Assembly (NCBI RefSeq): GCF_006345805.1
Contig: NW_021825823.1
Span: forward strand, 1 to 14,268
Direction of reading: 5' to 3'
DNA from: Octopus sinensis
Lineage: Eukaryota
Length of the DNA: 14,268 bases
The notes beneath the pieces were generated by a model. It made no database searches. It saw nothing but the letters and a program-made list of their open reading frames with translations, and was not told the origin of the DNA. A program made the translations under genes and the position numbers. Positions 9,171 through 14,268 of the stretch are shown one piece after another; position 1 is the first letter of the stretch, and each line of letters begins with the position of its first letter.

Positions 9171-9171
<1 letters not shown>
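8401..9171 (+). mobile_element. Tc1/mariner-superfamily relic, DD37D (maT/Bmmar1-like), internally deleted and 3'-truncated
   Basis: Transposase remnant at 8499-9171. The left boundary is guessed from TA-CACA-CAAGATGCG at about 8401 and is low confidence. No right TIR was found. Confidence 0.8.
8499..9171 (+). pseudogene. DD37D (maT) transposase pseudogene, not in the ORF track
   Basis: Manual translation across frameshifts and stops gives MLTHQMRRHPIVAAVCARDRDLEIAIFLNVARSFMHKIR / AGNISTGSMKKKCS*TSDAMITLQFIQ / KSMKAMVKE..TIRTILYKDIRYASYVLRRGQF / (deletion) / CRGWPYLF*KNSASSHRNHLTKEWMSDNFQDHVTVNF*LPN / SLDLDSKDY / [14 protein letters not shown]. There are 37 residues between the second (now N) and third catalytic positions. 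Confidence 0.88.
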
Positions 9172-9240
<69 letters not shown>

Positions 9241-9382
9241 CAGACAGACAGACAGACAGACACAGACAGACACAGACAGACAGACTTAGATAAATAGGCA
9301 CACATAAATATAGATTGATAAACAGATAGATGAACAGATAGATGAACAGACAGACATATAGCTAGCTAGCTAGCTAGCTAGC

Positions 9383-9480
<98 letters not shown>

Positions 9481-9585
9481 TATAGATAGATAGATAGATA
9501 GATAGACACTTATATATATACATATATATATACACACACATACATACACACATACACACATACATATACACAGACATACATGCAT
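9172..9585. repeat. Compound (GATA)n-(GACA)n-(AGCT)6-(GATA)n-(TA/CA)n microsatellite
   Basis: Direct reading. Confidence 0.95.
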
Positions 9586-10700
9586 AAGGTGTCTTTTAAT
9601 TTTGAAACATATCTTAGACGCAACAAACCAAAGTTTATGAAAGGCATTTCTTAGGGAAATTGTCTATTAATTGTCAATGCCCATCAGACCCATCACCACG
9701 AGACACTTGGAATTTCAGTCTCCTTAAAGCAATAAGGTTAACCCATTGATGGATGCTGCAATTCTAGGGAAATTACATCATTTTACTACATTCATTTCAC
9801 TTGTATGAAATACATATAAGTGTACATTGATGATGCTGTTTACTTGGCAATTGTCTCCTTCGTTTTCCATTATAAAACATTGTTTATAGCTCGTGTAAAT
9901 ACAAATATACCCTAGATGCACGCTGCTTTTCTCTCGCCAAAGAGATCATAAACTGTACATTATACGACCTCACTGAATCGATTTCACAAACTGTAATCTC
10001 AAACGAAGTGGAATAACCCAGAAGGGAGTTTCCCTTAAAGCAAGCCTACTGCTGGAATCTTCTGAATAAATATATCGTAACTTTAGATTATATCACAGCC
10101 TACAGATTACCAATATTCATGAGGTGAACTAGGATGAGAATCCCGATGCATTTATATACTATTTTATCCATACAGGTTTCACTAAGGGATTTCATAAAAT
10201 GAAAAAGAGCGATTTACAGTAAATAGCAGAAACGGTAGTATACAGATATATAAGGTTAATTTGGTGTGCATTAAATATTATAGTTTGACATAGAAAGGTT
10301 CTATCATAAAGTATATTGAAAGGAGATTTGGATAAGATGTCAGTTTGACCCTGTATTCATTCTGCACTGAATTGAATGCGATAGTAATCTTTGGGATTAC
10401 CCGAGCGCTTTTCTTTTTGCTCTAATCTCCGTCAATGAGGCAGAGTTGAATATAAAGGCATAAGCTGAATCACAGCGATCTGATTGAAACTTTAGTTCAA
10501 GATGGATGTCGGTTCTGTTTGTGAATCATCCGCGGGAGGGGAAACTCGATGCTAATGCCAATGTTACCATAGTTTTAGACAAAAGAAGTGAAGTAGGCCT
10601 TACTATCTAAAGTGCTTATAATGTTGGCACAAGGCCAGCAATTTCAGTGGTAGCGGATGTAATGGTGGCGATGTGATGGTGGTGGGGAGGGGGGGAGAAT

Positions 10701-10869
10701 ACATCGATCACATTGACTCCAGTAATTGACTGGTATTTATCTTATCGACCCCGAAAGGATGAAAGGTAAAGTCGACCGTGGCGGGATATGAATTCAAAAG
10801 GGCAAAAACTGACAAAATTTCGCCAAGCATTTTGCCCGGCGTACTAACGATTCTGCCAGCTTGCCGCCT
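10701..10869 (-). mobile_element. tRNA-derived SINE, 3'-truncated (here SINE-B)
   Basis: Minus head AGGCGGCAAGCTGGCAGAATCGTTAG with A-box-like TGGCAGAATCGTT and a degenerate B box GAATTCATATCCC, then the central domain GTCGACTTTACCTTTCATCCTTTCGGGGTCGATAAGATAAATACCAG. I recognise this as an abundant octopus SINE family. Confidence 0.82.
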
Positions 10870-10876
10870 AAATAAG

Positions 10877-10909
10877 GATGATGATGATGATGATGATGAT
10901 GACGATGAT
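10877..10909. repeat. (GAT)n microsatellite
   Basis: Direct reading. Confidence 0.95.
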
Positions 10910-10968
10910 TAGCATTAACAAAAAATAAAAGCGCAACATAAAATTGTTTCTGAATTGGACAGATACGC

Positions 10969-11335
10969 TTTTAATTGTTTCAGTCATTTGAGTGTGGCCA
11001 TGCTGGAGCACCGCCTTTGGTCGAGCAAATCGACCCCAGGACGTATTCCTTGTAAGCCTAGTACTTATTCTATCGGACTCCTTTGCCGAACCGCTAAGTT
11101 ACGGGGACGTAAACACACCAGACACACAAACATATACACACACATACATATATATATACATATACATATATATGACGGGCTTCTTTCAGTTTCCGTCTAC
11201 AAAATCCACTCACAAGGCTTTGGTCGACCCGAAGCTATAGTAGAAGACACTTGCCGAAGGTGCCACGCAGTGGGACTGAACCCAGAACTATGCGGTTGGT
11301 AAGCAAGATACTTACCACACAGCCACTCCTACACC
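10969..11335 (-). mobile_element. tRNA-derived SINE with an internal microsatellite (here SINE-C)
   Basis: A box TGGCTGTGTGG (11325-11315) and B box GGTTCAGTCCC (11282-11272). An internal (TA/TG)n tract lies at about 11118-11174. The tail ends ATGACTGAAACAATTAAAA. I recognise this as a very abundant octopus SINE. Confidence 0.88.
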
Positions 11336-11351
11336 GAGATGGTCAGGAATT

Positions 11352-11404
11352 TTGAAATGCTGCTGACCATTTTGTCCGTCGCACTAATGATTCTCTCATC
11401 TTAC
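11352..11404 (-). mobile_element. Degraded head fragment of a SINE-B-type element
   Basis: 11368-11404 matches 10828-10864 at 29/37 nt by manual alignment. Confidence 0.65.
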
Positions 11405-11634
11405 TAAAAACATCTGTTATTTTTCTCATTCAAACTAACAAATGGCGTCTCTAAAATTTGCGTATCACATGATGACTGAACTTCGAAGAGGCCTCATCAA
11501 AAATTAGATAAAAATATTTGACGAAAACCCCCAAAATATAAAACCACAATTGCCCTGGCTGAATTATCTTTTATCATAGATCTGTCCTAATTAAACTCGA
11601 CAACAGCCATGTCACTACAAAATATACACCTGAT

Positions 11635-12377
11635 CAGTGGTTATCAACTGAGGTCCATGTAAGCTTTTGTTGAGGCCCATGTAAGATTTTGTGGGGTTTC
11701 ACACCAGCAAAATTGCCAATGGATGAAAAACATGTTGGTTTTAGAAGTATTTATTGCCAGAAACAGTTACATTTCTTTCTGCAATGTTTTACACAGTTTA
11801 AAATGTTTTCAGCCATTCAAACATGTCCTCTCAGAAAGTTGTCTTGGAAACATTCATAAGTGATGCTGGGGGAAACAAAATAGGAATTTTTGAAAGAAGT
11901 ATCTACGAAACTAGTTTTTAAACATCGAATGATAATGATAAAACTACGGATAAAGAGTAAAGACTATCTTCGGTGATGAATGACCATAGGAGTGCACCTA
12001 GAAGGTTCCTCTCCGATGCACAAGTCCAGGCAAGGTTGTGTATGGAGAACCATCAGTCGCCAATGCATACCAGCTTCCCCTCTCCTTGTCACCGATGTTA
12101 TCCAAAGGAAAGATAAAGGGGCCGATACAGCTTGGCACCATTGACGTCGCAACTCATTTCTATAGCACAGTAAATTGGAGCGACGTGAAATAAAGTGTCT
12201 TGTTCAACAACACAATAGGCGGTCTGGTCTGGGAATCGAGCTCATTACCTCATGAATGTGAACTCGACGCTTTAACCACTGAACCACACGCCTTCACATA
12301 ATGATTATGGGGGTCCATCAGAACAGAATAGTAATCAGGAGTGTATATAGATGAAAACAAATGGTTGAGAAACTCTG
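11635..12377. mobile_element. Non-autonomous hAT-type DNA transposon (MITE-like, ~385 bp) interrupted by SINE-D
   Basis: Imperfect TIRs CAGTGGTTATCAAC (11635-11648) and GTTGAGAAACTCTG (12364-12377) match at 11/14 and fit the hAT CAG(T/G)GGTTCTCAAC type. Subterminal repeats TGAGGYCCATGTAAG occur at 11649-11663 and 11671-11685, and GGGGTCCAT recurs near the right end. The 8-bp TSD is not preserved. Confidence 0.72.
11940..12297 (-). mobile_element. tRNA-derived SINE with a long tail (here SINE-D), nested in the hAT element
   Basis: A box TGGTTCAGTGG (12286-12276) and B-box-like AGCTCGATTCCC (12242-12231). The head and core are shared with SINE-A. A candidate TSD ATAATGAT sits at 11932-11939 and 12298-12305. 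Confidence 0.85.
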
Positions 12378-12710
12378 GTCTCGGTTTCATCCATTTCTAT
12401 CAATTGTAGTGGCAGAACCAATGGATTTTTTAACACCATTGTCGTTGATAGAGGTACTGTTTAACCCTAGGTCAGTCACAACGAAGAGAGCCTGGGAACA
12501 AAAGTATTGCCGCTACAACAAGCTAGTGTTATTTTCTTATTTGTGTGTGCGTGTGTTTGTGTGTGAGAGTGTGTGAAAGTGTGTGTCAGTGTTTTCCCAT
12601 GAAATATATACCCAGAACAAATTTAATTATCTGATATATTCTTTGTAAGCAGGTGTATAATTTTGAGAATTAAAGCACGAAGTACCACACCCAGACTCAA
12701 ATATACACTA

Positions 12711-12756
12711 ACACACACGTACACACACACACACACACACATACACACACACACAC
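12711..12756. repeat. (CA)n microsatellite
   Basis: Direct reading. Confidence 0.95.
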
Positions 12757-12868
12757 TCATGCAAACACATCAATACATATATCGTAGCTTCGGGTTGTTC
12801 AACACACGTAACAGAAATTTGAAATTTAGTGGACGGAAAGTATGGAATAAGGTTATATATATTTCTTT

Positions 12869-13005
12869 GCGTGTGTGTGTGTGTGTGTGGTGTGTGTGTG
12901 TGTGTGTGTGTGCGTGTGTGTGTTTATGTGTGTGTGTCTGTGAGTGTGTGTGTGTGTGTGCGTGCGTGTGTGTGTGTGTTTATGTGTGTGTGTTGTGTGT
13001 GTGTG

Positions 13006-13060
<55 letters not shown>

Positions 13061-13072
13061 GTGTGCGTGTGT
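12869..13072. repeat. Long (TG)n microsatellite with CG interruptions
   Basis: Direct reading. Confidence 0.95.
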
Positions 13073-13715
13073 GCGGGGGTCCATGCGTTTCTCTCTATGC
13101 AAATTTGAAACGATTCGGCGAATTGTCTCTGTATCTCCAAAATGTTAAGTTAACCATTCGAGAAATAGTAATCGATTAAATCATTACCAGCCTGAAATGA
13201 TTACAGAAATAAGAAACTTTTGTGTACATGAATCCTTTTGAATCAGACTCCATTTTGAAAAGAAATATGCGAAATAAACAGAGCCTCGATGTGGCTACAC
13301 GCCAGGACTAGTAAATATATTTCACTAAAACAATTCACTATATTCGTCTTATCTCCAGAAATTAATATATTATCAAGTACGATAACCAGCGGGATAGCCA
13401 TCTAAAATATTAATTAACTTAGAAAGGTTTTTCTACTGTTATAACTGCAAAACTATCTATATTATATAATGTAAGAGCCGAAATGTCTGGATTTTGTAAA
13501 GTAGAATGGCGATAAGGAGAACGAGCGGCCATATTAATATCCCATGATGCACTGCTGAGGGTCTGGTGTGGTGAGCTACGGTGTATAATAACCGTGCAAT
13601 GAAATTTGAAACAACTTATCTCAAATTTATTATCGTTCGTTTCACTGTCCTCCTGTGAATTGATTATACACGTCTGGTAACAATGGATTCCCAAGCTACG
13701 TGCGTGTTTGTTTTC

Positions 13716-14190
13716 TGTGTGTGTGTGTGTGGTGTGTGTGTGTTGTGGTGTGTGTGTGTGTGTGTGTGCGTGTATGTGTGTGTGTATTTGCACGCGTGTG
13801 TATGAAATAAAGCTGCATGTGTAAACCGGTCTGTGTGAATGTGTGCACGTTGGTACATATAAACATATATACATACACACACACGCACACACATATATAT
13901 GTATATATATATATATGCATATATATGCAGGCATAGATATGGGTATGTGTGTGTGGGGGTGTATCCGTGTGTGTGGTGTGTGTGTATGTGTGTGTGGTAT
14001 GTGTGTATGTGTGTGTGTGGTGTGTGTGTATGTGTGTGTGTCTATATTACCACTTTCATGTATGCCTATATGCAAGAATCTGTATGTATAGTTTTTGTGT
14101 ATACTTCTGTCCGCATACACAGACACATATATACATAGTTTGCATGTGTGTATGTTTGTGTGTGCGTGCGTGTGCGTGTGTGTGTGTGTA
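13716..14190. repeat. Degenerate (TG)n/(CA)n/(TA)n low-complexity block
   Basis: Direct reading. Confidence 0.9.
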
Positions 14191-14268
14191 TGAGTGTGTG
14201 GTATCACTGTAACATTGCGTATACAAATACATAATTCAATAATATATAATGAGCAAAAACAAAAGAAA

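Noticed and set aside
10091-10100. TATCACAGCC, the miR-2 family 5' decamer
   Set aside because: The 3' half does not resemble miR-2 and upstream sequence gives only a patchy stem.
12400-12525. Possible very degraded SINE fragment (TTTAACCCTAGGTCAG...)
   Set aside because: The resemblance is from memory only and there is no second copy in the window to align.
12830-12853. TGGACGGA...ATAAGG resembling miR-184
   Set aside because: The middle is mismatched and too long, and there is no complementary arm upstream.
13419-13715. 98 stop-free non-repetitive codons at the end of the 262-aa track ORF
   Set aside because: No recognisable domain or convincing splice signals, and about one such run is expected by chance in a window this size. 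A tblastn hit or spliced reads would reopen it.

Overview
Eukaryotic, AT-rich non-coding DNA with no supportable host protein-coding gene, rRNA, true tRNA or CRISPR array. I recognise the SINE families and the microsatellite load as typical of Octopus (coleoid cephalopod) genomes. That is recall-based inference and needs a BLAST check. By eye, roughly a quarter of the window is simple repeat. Between the repeats lie at least nine decayed mobile elements: a 5'-truncated RTE LINE (4521-5069, minus), a DD41D Tc1/mariner relic (5490-~6024, minus), a non-autonomous Helitron with both termini and a PIF1-helicase C-terminal island (6437-7614, minus), a DD37D/maT mariner relic missed by the ORF track (~8401-9171, plus), four tRNA-derived SINEs plus one head fragment (all minus), and a non-autonomous hAT element (11635-12377) with one of those SINEs nested inside. 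Most ORF-track entries are microsatellite artefacts. I see no convincing novel multi-gene system. The best second-look items are structural: a hairpin/pseudoknot in the RTE 3' UTR, an interlocked inverted-repeat and octamer cluster at 2125-2180, a 32-nt direct repeat bracketing the Helitron helicase island, module sharing among the SINEs, and microsatellites tied to TE ends.
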